Below, one piece after another: positions 1 through 6,552 of a stretch of DNA of 6,552 bases. Origin of the DNA: Candidatus Iainarchaeum sp. (GTDB lineage Archaea > Iainarchaeota > Iainarchaeia > Iainarchaeales > CSSED10-239); contig JAQVTI010000023.1 in assembly GCA_028700115.1 (NCBI GenBank), forward strand, positions 1 through 6,552. Direction: 5' to 3'. A model generated the notes under the pieces. That model was not told the DNA's origin and did not search any database. It was given only the letters and a program-made list of their open reading frames with translations. The position numbers and the translations under genes are program-made. Positions within the stretch are counted from its first letter, which is position 1. Each line of letters starts with the position of its first letter.

Positions 1-834
1 ATTAGACAGAATGTTGACACAAATGTTGACACAAATGTTGACACAAATCCTTTAATAAGACAAAATTGGATTATTTATTATTTAAAAGCAAACAGATCTA
101 TAAGATCAAAAGATATAATTCAGAAAAGAAGAGATAAAGAACTATTAAATAAAATAATTACTCCATTACTTGAAGATTTAAAATATAATTTATTAATCTC
201 TGGAAAAACTGAATTAGAGGTTGAAAAAGAGATTGACGATTTTAAGAAAGAATATAAATTATATAAATATCCAAGTCATATCTTTGTAAATGGAGTTATA
301 AGACCTGCAACAGATAATGATAATATAAAATTAACAATGGATATGAATCGTATTCATTTTATTAAAAAAGATTTTCAAAGAAAAAATTTAGTGATTAATA
401 ATCTATTAGAACTAATCAAATCTTTAAGATATATAGTTATTCATATTAATATGGGTGTCTTATCTTTTGATAACTTTAAAGATAAAATCTTGAATTTAGA
501 AGAATGTATTTTAAAAAACAGATTTTATTATTATGAATTACTAGAAAATGATTTTTTAACTAAAGATGATGATGAGGTAATGGCTAGTTATAAATTAAAA
601 GACAAAGATATTGAACTTTTTAAAGAAGTATTAGATAAAGGCATAATTGATTATTTTATTGATTTTTTTGAAAAGGATATAAAAGGATACAGAGAAGACT
701 CTAAAAAATCAATTGAACAAATTAAAAATGAATTAAAAGAAGATAATGGTTTTATTGAAGACTATCAATTAGACTATCCAAACAAAAAAATTAATTTTAG
801 AGAAGAAGCAAATGAACAAAAGAAATTTTTATAA
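1..834 (+). CDS. Hypothetical protein, 5'-truncated by the window edge (track lists only 337..834); charged, Lys/Glu/Asp/Ile-rich, helix-prone; function unknown
   Basis: Reading frame 1 has no stop from base 1 to the TAA at 832-834. It translates as IRQNVDTNVDTNVDTNPLIRQNWIIYYLKANRSIRSKDIIQKRRDKELLNKIITPLLEDLKYNLLISGKTELEVEKEIDDFKKEYKLYKYPSHIFVNGVIRPATDNDNIKLT-MDMNRIHF... There is no ATG/GTG/TTG codon in this frame before 337, so the true start is probably upstream of the window. Confidence 0.75.
   Translation: MRQNVDTNVDTNVDTNPLIRQNWIIYYLKANRSIRSKDIIQKRRDKELLNKIITPLLEDLKYNLLISGKTELEVEKEIDDFKKEYKLYKYPSHIFVNGVIRPATDNDNIKLTMDMNRIHFIKKDFQRKNLVINNLLELIKSLRYIVIHINMGVLSFDNFKDKILNLEECILKNRFYYYELLENDFLTKDDDEVMASYKLKDKDIELFKEVLDKGIIDYFIDFFEKDIKGYREDSKKSIEQIKNELKEDNGFIEDYQLDYPNKKINFREEANEQKKFL
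10..48 (+). repeat. 12-bp tandem repeat (AATGTTGACACA), 3.25 copies, in frame, encoding NVDTNVDTNVDTN
   Basis: Exact period-12 identity from 10 to 48 (aatgttgacaca aatgttgacaca aatgttgacaca aat). The period is a multiple of 3 and keeps the frame. Confidence 0.95.
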
Positions 835-910
835 ATAAATAATTAAAACAAGGAGATGACTTGATTTTAAATTTAAAATCTTTAAAAGATACTTAAGATA
901 TTGTTTTATT

Positions 911-930
911 AAAAATGACCAAAAATGTCC
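911..930 (+). repeat. Tandem 10-bp near-direct repeat AAAAATGACC/AAAAATGTCC upstream of mod; possible regulatory site
   Basis: Two adjacent 10-mers differing at one position in the intergenic region before mod. Confidence 0.45.
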
Positions 931-945
931 GATTTTAGATATATT

Positions 946-953
946 TTTATATT
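946..953 (+). promoter_or_regulatory. Candidate archaeal-style TATA/box A (TTTATATT) for the R-M operon
   Basis: TTTATATT lies 36 nt before the GTG at 981 and 44 nt before the ATG at 990. If it is box A, the predicted TSS is about 975-980. The AT-rich background makes chance matches common. Confidence 0.3.
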
Positions 954-980
954 CTTTTAACAATATAAGATTTATAAATA

Positions 981-2666
981 GTGATAATTATGGTTGATCA
1001 AGAAATTTCTAAATTATTAAAAGAGATTAATAAACTTAAAGATGAAAACCAAAAATTAAAATCAAGAAAAAAATATGGTTTAGTTTGGGAAGAAGAGAAA
1101 GAACCTGAACAAGTAGTTTTAGATTGTCAAAAAAAGATTCCTATCTTAAAAGAAGTAAAAAGTAAAGAGATACTTACTGATAAAGATAAACCAATTAATA
1201 TTTTAATAGAAGGCGATAATTATCACGCTTTACAAGTTTTAAATTATACTCATAAAGGAAAGGTTGATGTCATTTATATTGATCCTCCTTATAATACTGG
1301 TAAAGCTAAAGAGTGGAAATATAATGATAAATTTATAGATGAAAATGATAATTATAAACATTCTAAATGGCTTAACTTTATGAATAAAAGATTGCTTCTT
1401 GCAAAAAATCTTTTAAAAAATGATGGAGTTATTTTTATTTCTATTGATGATAATGAAGTTTCACAATTAAAACTTCTCTGTGATGAAATATTTGGAGAAG
1501 ATAATTTTATTTCTAAATTTGTTTGGGAAAAAAACTTCGCGCCAAAAAATGATAATAAATATATTTCTACATCTCAAGAGTATATTTTACTTTATGCAAA
1601 ACAAAAAATTTTATTTAAAAGAAATTTGTTAGAAAGAACAGAAGAACATAACAAAGGTTATTCTAATCCTGATAATGATCCAAGAGGCAATTGGTCTTCA
1701 GGAACAATGTTAGCAACAACATTTAGTGAAAAATATGTTTTTTCAATAAAAAGACCTAATAGTACAGAAATTTACCCCCCAAAAGGGAGGTGTTGGAGAT
1801 ATTCTAAAGATAAAATTCAAAAATTATTAAATGATAATAGAATTTGGTTTGGTAAAACTGGATCTAATGTTCCAAGAATAAAAAGATTTTTAACAGAGGT
1901 TCAAGCAGGAATTGTGCCTGTTACTTTATTGAAATATAAAGAAGTTGGTAGTGGGCAAGATGGTACTAATGACTTAAAAAACATTTTTGGAGAACAAATT
2001 TTTGATTTTCCGAAACCAATTAAATTAATAAATTATATTTTAAAAATAAGTTCTAAAAAAAATGCAATTATTTTAGATTTTTTTGCAGGTACTGGTACAA
2101 CAGCTCATTCAGTTTTAGATTTAAATGTTGATAAAGGAAATAGAAAATTTATTTTATGTACTAATAATGAAGATAATAATGGGGACGGTAAAAAAGTTTG
2201 TTCAGATATTTGTTATCCAAGAATTGAAAAAGCAATAAAAGGTTATAAAACAATTAAAAATGTAAAAGTAGAAGGTATGGGTGGTAATTTAAAATATTTT
2301 AAAACTAATTTTATAGATGTTGATAGTATTTATAAAGTATCAGATAATAAAAAATTAAATTTAACTTATCAAGCAGGAGAATTAATTGCAATTAAAGAAG
2401 ATGCTTTTGAAGAATTAGAAAAAAATGAATATTACCAAATCTTTAAGAATGATAAAAAAGTTGTAGGTATTTATTTTATAGAATCTCATAAAAAATTAAA
2501 TGAATTATTAAAAAAGATTAATAAATATGATTCAAAGAAAATTATATATTTATTTAGTTGGGGTAAAACAGAATATACTGGAGAAGAGCTAGGTTATTCT
2601 AATATAAAAATAAAAGATATTCCCCAACCAATAATTGATGTTTATAAAGAAATAAACAAATTATAG
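981..2666 (+). CDS. mod: Type III restriction-modification system methyltransferase subunit (Mod), beta-class DNA methyltransferase; start may be ATG at 990 rather than GTG at 981
   Basis: Motif IV DPPYNTG (1221-1241), followed by AdoMet motif I DFFAGTGTT (starting at 2076). The IV-before-I order is that of the beta class. Flanking sequences IDVIYIDPPYNTG, GVIFISIDDNEVSQLKLLCDEIFGEDNF, YPPKGRCWRYS and FAGTGTTAHSVLDLN are characteristic of type III Mod proteins. It lies immediately upstream of res. Confidence 0.97.
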   Translation: MIIMVDQEISKLLKEINKLKDENQKLKSRKKYGLVWEEEKEPEQVVLDCQKKIPILKEVKSKEILTDKDKPINILIEGDNYHALQVLNYTHKGKVDVIYIDPPYNTGKAKEWKYNDKFIDENDNYKHSKWLNFMNKRLLLAKNLLKNDGVIFISIDDNEVSQLKLLCDEIFGEDNFISKFVWEKNFAPKNDNKYISTSQEYILLYAKQKILFKRNLLERTEEHNKGYSNPDNDPRGNWSSGTMLATTFSEKYVFSIKRPNSTEIYPPKGRCWRYSKDKIQKLLNDNRIWFGKTGSNVPRIKRFLTEVQAGIVPVTLLKYKEVGSGQDGTNDLKNIFGEQIFDFPKPIKLINYILKISSKKNAIILDFFAGTGTTAHSVLDLNVDKGNRKFILCTNNEDNNGDGKKVCSDICYPRIEKAIKGYKTIKNVKVEGMGGNLKYFKTNFIDVDSIYKVSDNKKLNLTYQAGELIAIKEDAFEELEKNEYYQIFKNDKKVVGIYFIESHKKLNELLKKINKYDSKKIIYLFSWGKTEYTGEELGYSNIKIKDIPQPIIDVYKEINKL

Positions 2667-2674
2667 GCGATAAT

Positions 2675-5068
2675 ATGAATATTGAATTAAAGACTTTTCA
2701 AAAAAAAGCAATTGCTGAATTAAGAAATCAATTTTTAAAATTGTGGAATACAGATAATAGACAAATAGATTTAATATTTAAATCTCCAACAGGTTCAGGA
2801 AAAACAATAATGATTGCACAATTTTTAAAAGATTTAACAATAGATCCTCAATTTGATGTTGATAAAGCATATTTGTGGATTACTTTTAGTGAAGAATCAT
2901 ATGAACAAAGTAAAAATAAATTAGATAATTATTATGATAATGTAGGAGAATTGGGTTTATTAGATTTAAATGATCTAAATAAAAAAAAAATGACTAAAAA
3001 CGAAGTTTTTTTTATAAATTGGCAAAAAATAAAATCTTCAACAAAAGAAGGAAGAATATTAAGAAGAGATTCTGAAAAATCAGAATGGGATAAAGGAATA
3101 TTTGATGAATTTATTATCAGAACAAAAAAAGAAGGAAGAGAATTAATATTAATAATTGATGAAGCACACAGAGATAAAGATACAACACTTGCTAAAGAAA
3201 TAATTGATATAATTGATCCAAAGATAATATTACATATAACTGCAACTCCTAAAGAAGAACCAACCTATTCAGAAGTAACTAATTTAAAAAAAGGTTTTGT
3301 AGAAGTAGATAGATTAGATGTAATTAAAGAAGGATTAATTAAAGAAAAGATAATTACTCAAACAAAAGAAAACTTAGATGTAGTTTCTAAAAAAGAGATT
3401 GATCAAGACATTTTACTTTTAGAGTTAGCACACAATAAAAGACAAGAATTATTGGAGATATTTTCTCAAAAAAACATTAATATTAATCCTTTAGTTTTGA
3501 TACAATTACCAAATGATGACAAAGCAAGAAAAGAGACACAAGATAAATCTAAATTAGAATTAGTTAAAGAGTTTTTAAGAGAAAAAAAAATAAAAGATGA
3601 AAATATTGCTATTTGGTTATCAGAAAAAAAAGAAAATTTAGAATATATTGAGAAAAATAATTCTGATATTTCTTATTTAATATTTAAACAAGCTGCAGCA
3701 ACAGGATGGGATTGTCCAAGAGCACAAATATTAGTAATGTTTAGAGAAATAAAAAATCCTGTTTTTCATACTCAAACAGTAGGAAGAATATTAAGAATGC
3801 CTGAAGCAAAACATTATGATATTTTAGATTTAAATTATGGTTATTTATATACTAATTATGAAAGAAATCAAATTAATTTGCCTGATAATAAACAAGGAGA
3901 AAATAAACCTTTTGTACATCAATCAAAAATAAAAAAAAATATTGAACCAATTGTATTAAATTCTACATATTTAAGTAGAGTAGATTATAATGATCTAGGG
4001 GCTAGTTATGAATATACATTAGATAAAGTGTTTAATGAATATTTTAATATAGTTGATGGATTTAAAGGAGAAAGTTGGAACAAATTAAAAGAAAAAGGAT
4101 TAGAGCTAAAAAATCCAATTGTAAATAATAAAATGATTGTTGATGCAGAAATAGAGTGTTACGATAATTTTGTAAAAGAAATTAAAGATAAAGGGATTGA
4201 TTATAATAATGAAACTTCTCAAAATGATATTGAAAAAACATATAATTTATTATGTTACAATAAAATTGCAAAACAAGAAGAGGAAAGTAGAAAATTTGCT
4301 CCAGAAAGATCTTGGGCAACATTAAAAAGATCATTAAATGTGTGGTTTCAAAATACTATAGATTCTGATAGAGAAATATATTATAAAATTATTGTTTGTG
4401 ATTTATTAAAAGAAAATAGTGTTCTATATAAAGCCATATCAAAATCTTTTGAAGTTCATAAAGATGTAAGACTAAAAGAAGTTAAAGAAAAAGAAGAAAG
4501 AAAAGAGCAGTTTATTAAATTAGAAGTTCCTTTAAAAAACTTATTTTATACAGATGATTATGAAGAAAAGAGTGTAAAAAAATGTGCAATTAGTCCATTT
4601 TATATAAAAAAATCTTATTCTGGAAAAGATAATGAAGAAAAATTTATAAAATATTTAGAATCTAAAGACACTATCGATTGGTGGTATAAATCAGGAGATT
4701 CTGGAAGAGATAATTTTGCAGTAAAATATTTTAATAAAGATGATAACAAATTTAAATTATTTTATCCAGATTGGATTATTAGACTAAAATCTAACAAAAT
4801 CTTAATATTAGACACAAAGAAAGGTAATACTGCTAAATCAAATGACACTATTTATAAAGCTGAAGCATTACAAGAGTGGATAAAAAAACAAAAACAAGAT
4901 ATTATAGGTGGAATTGTAGTAAATTTATCTGATATTTGGATGTTAAATAATAGACATATTTATAGTTATAAATCAAATAATGTTGATAATTCTGAGAATA
5001 GTTTAAAAGATAGTATAAGTAAATCTGATTTTAAAGATTGGATTGATTTAGATAATGTGTTGATTTAA
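2675..5068 (+). CDS. res: Type III restriction-modification system endonuclease/helicase subunit (Res)
   Basis: SF2 helicase motifs: Walker A SPTGSGKT (2783-2806), DEAH (in LIIDEAHRDKD), HITATPK, TGWDCPRAQILVMFREI, QTVGRILRMPE. The C-terminal PD...DTK (YPDWIIRLKSNKILILDTKKG, catalytic span 4769-4819) fits the type III Res PD-(D/E)xK nuclease. The start is 8 bp after the mod stop. Confidence 0.96.
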   Translation: MNIELKTFQKKAIAELRNQFLKLWNTDNRQIDLIFKSPTGSGKTIMIAQFLKDLTIDPQFDVDKAYLWITFSEESYEQSKNKLDNYYDNVGELGLLDLNDLNKKKMTKNEVFFINWQKIKSSTKEGRILRRDSEKSEWDKGIFDEFIIRTKKEGRELILIIDEAHRDKDTTLAKEIIDIIDPKIILHITATPKEEPTYSEVTNLKKGFVEVDRLDVIKEGLIKEKIITQTKENLDVVSKKEIDQDILLLELAHNKRQELLEIFSQKNININPLVLIQLPNDDKARKETQDKSKLELVKEFLREKKIKDENIAIWLSEKKENLEYIEKNNSDISYLIFKQAAATGWDCPRAQILVMFREIKNPVFHTQTVGRILRMPEAKHYDILDLNYGYLYTNYERNQINLPDNKQGENKPFVHQSKIKKNIEPIVLNSTYLSRVDYNDLGASYEYTLDKVFNEYFNIVDGFKGESWNKLKEKGLELKNPIVNNKMIVDAEIECYDNFVKEIKDKGIDYNNETSQNDIEKTYNLLCYNKIAKQEEESRKFAPERSWATLKRSLNVWFQNTIDSDREIYYKIIVCDLLKENSVLYKAISKSFEVHKDVRLKEVKEKEERKEQFIKLEVPLKNLFYTDDYEEKSVKKCAISPFYIKKSYSGKDNEEKFIKYLESKDTIDWWYKSGDSGRDNFAVKYFNKDDNKFKLFYPDWIIRLKSNKILILDTKKGNTAKSNDTIYKAEALQEWIKKQKQDIIGGIVVNLSDIWMLNNRHIYSYKSNNVDNSENSLKDSISKSDFKDWIDLDNVLI

Positions 5069-5104
5069 AGTTATTAATAGTTATAAATATTTTATTGATT
5101 ATAA

Positions 5105-5938
5105 ATGATTAAAATATATCCTGATTTAACAAATACAATTTATCAAAAATATATTTATGATTTATATGATGGTGAATTTCCTGAAGAAATAATTACTTCT
5201 AAATATTTATTAACTGAAATTGATCTTCCTTTTGCCAAAAAATTATCTCCAGGAGATTATTATAGATCTAAATCAAAATTACAAGAATGGTATAATATTA
5301 GAAGCGAAATAATTGAAATGTATAGAAAATTAATTGAATATTATAATTGTCATTCGATTAATTTAGCTGGTTTTTTTTCTTTATCCGGAATACTATTAGA
5401 ATATTTATTTAAGTATGAAATATCAAGAAGAAATCAAAGTAATACTAATTTAATTAAAGATATATTTTATACAAATAAATGTAATCTATCAAATATAGTT
5501 ATAAATAAACCTAAAAGTATTATTAATTTATTTAATTATTTAAAAGAGTTGGAATCATTAAGAAGTGAAATAGAGTCTTTTGTAGAATTAAGAAATTCAT
5601 TTGTACATTGTAATATTGAGAAAAGAAAATCATCAATGGCCAATTTTAAGAAAGTAATTGGCCTTAACAGTGGTTATTTTATAATTAAAAATAAAAAAAC
5701 TTTAGTTAAACACGTTGTAGGATACATTGGAAGGAATAAAAAACCAAAAGAAATTGATGAATCTGACCCTGAAAATTATTTTTATGGTAGAGATGAAGCT
5801 TATTTAAGTATTTCTTTAATATTTGAAATATTCAAAAAATTATATGGAGATATAAATTATTTAAGATGCGATAATTTATTTATGCAATTAAATAAAGGAA
5901 AATTACCTGTTAAATTAAAATATTTATACGATAGATAA
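5105..5938 (+). CDS. Uncharacterised protein with a putative HEPN-like domain; candidate accessory gene of the type III R-M operon
   Basis: 277-aa ORF, same strand, 36 bp after res. The segment LKELESLRSEIESFVELRNSFVHCNIEKR (R-N-x3-H, 5591-5608, i.e. Rx4H) within predicted helical sequence matches the general HEPN signature. Domain assignment rests on the motif alone; the CDS itself is well supported. Confidence 0.85.
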   Translation: MIKIYPDLTNTIYQKYIYDLYDGEFPEEIITSKYLLTEIDLPFAKKLSPGDYYRSKSKLQEWYNIRSEIIEMYRKLIEYYNCHSINLAGFFSLSGILLEYLFKYEISRRNQSNTNLIKDIFYTNKCNLSNIVINKPKSIINLFNYLKELESLRSEIESFVELRNSFVHCNIEKRKSSMANFKKVIGLNSGYFIIKNKKTLVKHVVGYIGRNKKPKEIDESDPENYFYGRDEAYLSISLIFEIFKKLYGDINYLRCDNLFMQLNKGKLPVKLKYLYDR

Positions 5939-5971
5939 CATTTAAATTAACTTTATATTATTAAATACTAT

Positions 5972-6106
5972 ATGAAGTGCTCAAAGTGTTCTAAAAAAGC
6001 AGAATATTATATTACTAAAGATAATAAAAAGATATATTTATGTAAAGAACACTCTAGGGAAAAATTAATTAAAGAGGGTTATAGTTATATTCCTAAAATT
6101 AATTAA
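5972..6106 (+). CDS. Small (44 aa) zinc-ribbon-like protein, absent from the supplied track
   Basis: ATG at 5972, TAA at 6104-6106: MKCSKCSKKAEYYITKDNKKIYLCKEHSREKLIKEGYSYIPKIN. It has CxxC (C3, C6) and CxxH (C24, H27) spaced as in short zinc-binding knuckles. Confidence 0.65.
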   Translation: MKCSKCSKKAEYYITKDNKKIYLCKEHSREKLIKEGYSYIPKIN

Positions 6107-6381
6107 AATCTATTTGTTTCTTCAGTGAACTTATAAATTAATTCTAATACTATCCAAATTCCTAAAATTATCCAAAAAATATTCCATCCTAATAAAATTA
6201 TAATTAAAATAAATATTCCTGGTATTAGTATTATTCTTCTTGTTATTAAAAATAATATAAATTTGATAAGAAATAGCCATTCTGAAAAGTTATCTGTAAA
6301 ATCATCTGTTTTATCAGAAAGCGTATATACTAATTCAACTAATTTAAATGATTCAATAAACTTTATTATTTTTTCCCACAT
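6103..6381 (-). CDS. Small (92 aa) putative integral membrane protein
   Basis: ORF from CAT at 6379-6381 (minus-strand ATG) to TAA at 6103-6105. It has long hydrophobic stretches (LFLIKFILFLI, IILIPGIFILIIILLGWNIFWIILGIWIVLELIY) consistent with 2-3 transmembrane helices. Confidence 0.65.
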   Translation of the reverse strand: MWEKIIKFIESFKLVELVYTLSDKTDDFTDNFSEWLFLIKFILFLITRRIILIPGIFILIIILLGWNIFWIILGIWIVLELIYKFTEETNRF

Positions 6382-6427
6382 TACACATCATATTTATTAA
6401 ATGAAGGGCTTTTAACTTTTTAAAATA

Positions 6428-6500
6428 AGCCTCTAATGGGATTTGAACCCACGACCTACAGTTTACAAGACTGTTGCTCTAGCCACTGAGCTATAGAGGC
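6428..6500 (-). tRNA. trnT: tRNA-Thr (anticodon UGU), no encoded CCA, discriminator U73
   Basis: The reverse complement folds as acceptor GCCTCTA/TAGAGGC, D-arm GCTC AGTGGCTA GAGC, anticodon arm ACAGT-CTTGTAA-ACTGT, variable AGGTC, T-arm GTGGG-TTCAAAT-CCCAT, then T73. The anticodon is TGT, and 73 nt are all accounted for. Confidence 0.96.
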
Positions 6501-6531
6501 AAAATAAATTAGATCTCTTTAGAAACAAAAA

Positions 6532-6539
6532 GATATAAA
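6532..6539 (-). promoter_or_regulatory. Candidate box A (TTTATATC) upstream of tRNA-Thr
   Basis: The minus strand reads TTTATATC at -39 to -32 relative to the tRNA 5' end, a distance compatible with an archaeal-type tRNA promoter. Weak in an AT-rich context. Confidence 0.3.
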
Positions 6540-6552
6540 TAATATCTGTAAA

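Noticed and set aside
38-66. Bacterial sigma70-type promoter (TTGACA, 17 bp, CAAAAT) formed by the tandem repeat
   Set aside because: The -10 is weak (CAAAAT) and the region sits inside an open reading frame. The repeat period of 12 preserves the frame, favouring a coding explanation.
337-834. Upstream 165-aa ORF as a stand-alone third component of the R-M system
   Set aside because: The ORF is the 3' part of a longer gene extending beyond the window, is separated from mod by 146 bp with a separate candidate promoter, and shows no recognisable defense-related motif.
5952-5959. TTTATATT upstream of the 44-aa microprotein as an archaeal box A
   Set aside because: It lies only 13-20 nt before the ATG at 5972, so the predicted archaeal start site would fall inside the coding region. 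A chance match in AT-rich DNA is more likely.
6407-6431. Inverted repeat GGCTT...AAGCC next to the tRNA 3' end as a terminator
   Set aside because: The AAGCC arm overlaps the tRNA acceptor sequence, and pairing beyond 5 bp requires a bulge. Not a convincing terminator in either direction.
6407-6433. Possible tRNA-directed integration: the R-M cluster lies on the 3' side of a tRNA gene, a common genomic island boundary
   Set aside because: No copy of the tRNA 3' end (GCCTCTAATGGG or its complement) was seen elsewhere in the window, and there is no integrase ORF. An att site outside the window cannot be excluded.
1-6552. CRISPR array, IS element or transposase
   Set aside because: No spaced direct repeats of 20-40 bp, no transposase motifs and no terminal inverted repeats were seen. 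The only clear tandem repeat is the 12-bp unit at 10-48.

Overview
AT-rich window whose core is a type III restriction-modification operon on the + strand: mod (beta-class N6-adenine/N4-cytosine type DNA methyltransferase, 981 or 990..2666) followed after 8 bp by res (SF2 helicase plus PD-(D/E)xK endonuclease, 2675..5068). A co-oriented gene (5105..5938) follows 36 bp downstream. It encodes an unfamiliar 277-aa protein with an R-N-x3-H signature (LRNSFVH) of the kind seen in HEPN domains, making it a candidate accessory RNase or toxin. This is the most interesting element here, but its functional link to the R-M system is inferred only from position and one motif. Upstream, the ORF track lists an ORF at 337..834, but the frame is open from base 1, so this is the 3' part of a longer gene cut by the window edge; it begins with an in-frame 12-bp tandem repeat encoding (NVDT)3N. 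Downstream are a small ORF missing from the track (5972..6106, 44 aa, CxxC...CxxH zinc-ribbon-like), a convergent small membrane protein on the minus strand (6103..6381), and a minus-strand tRNA-Thr(UGU) (6428..6500) with no encoded CCA and U73. The tRNA features and archaeal box-A-like TTTATAT(T/C) elements at plausible distances upstream of mod and of the tRNA weakly suggest an archaeal (e.g. DPANN-like) host; this needs a database check.
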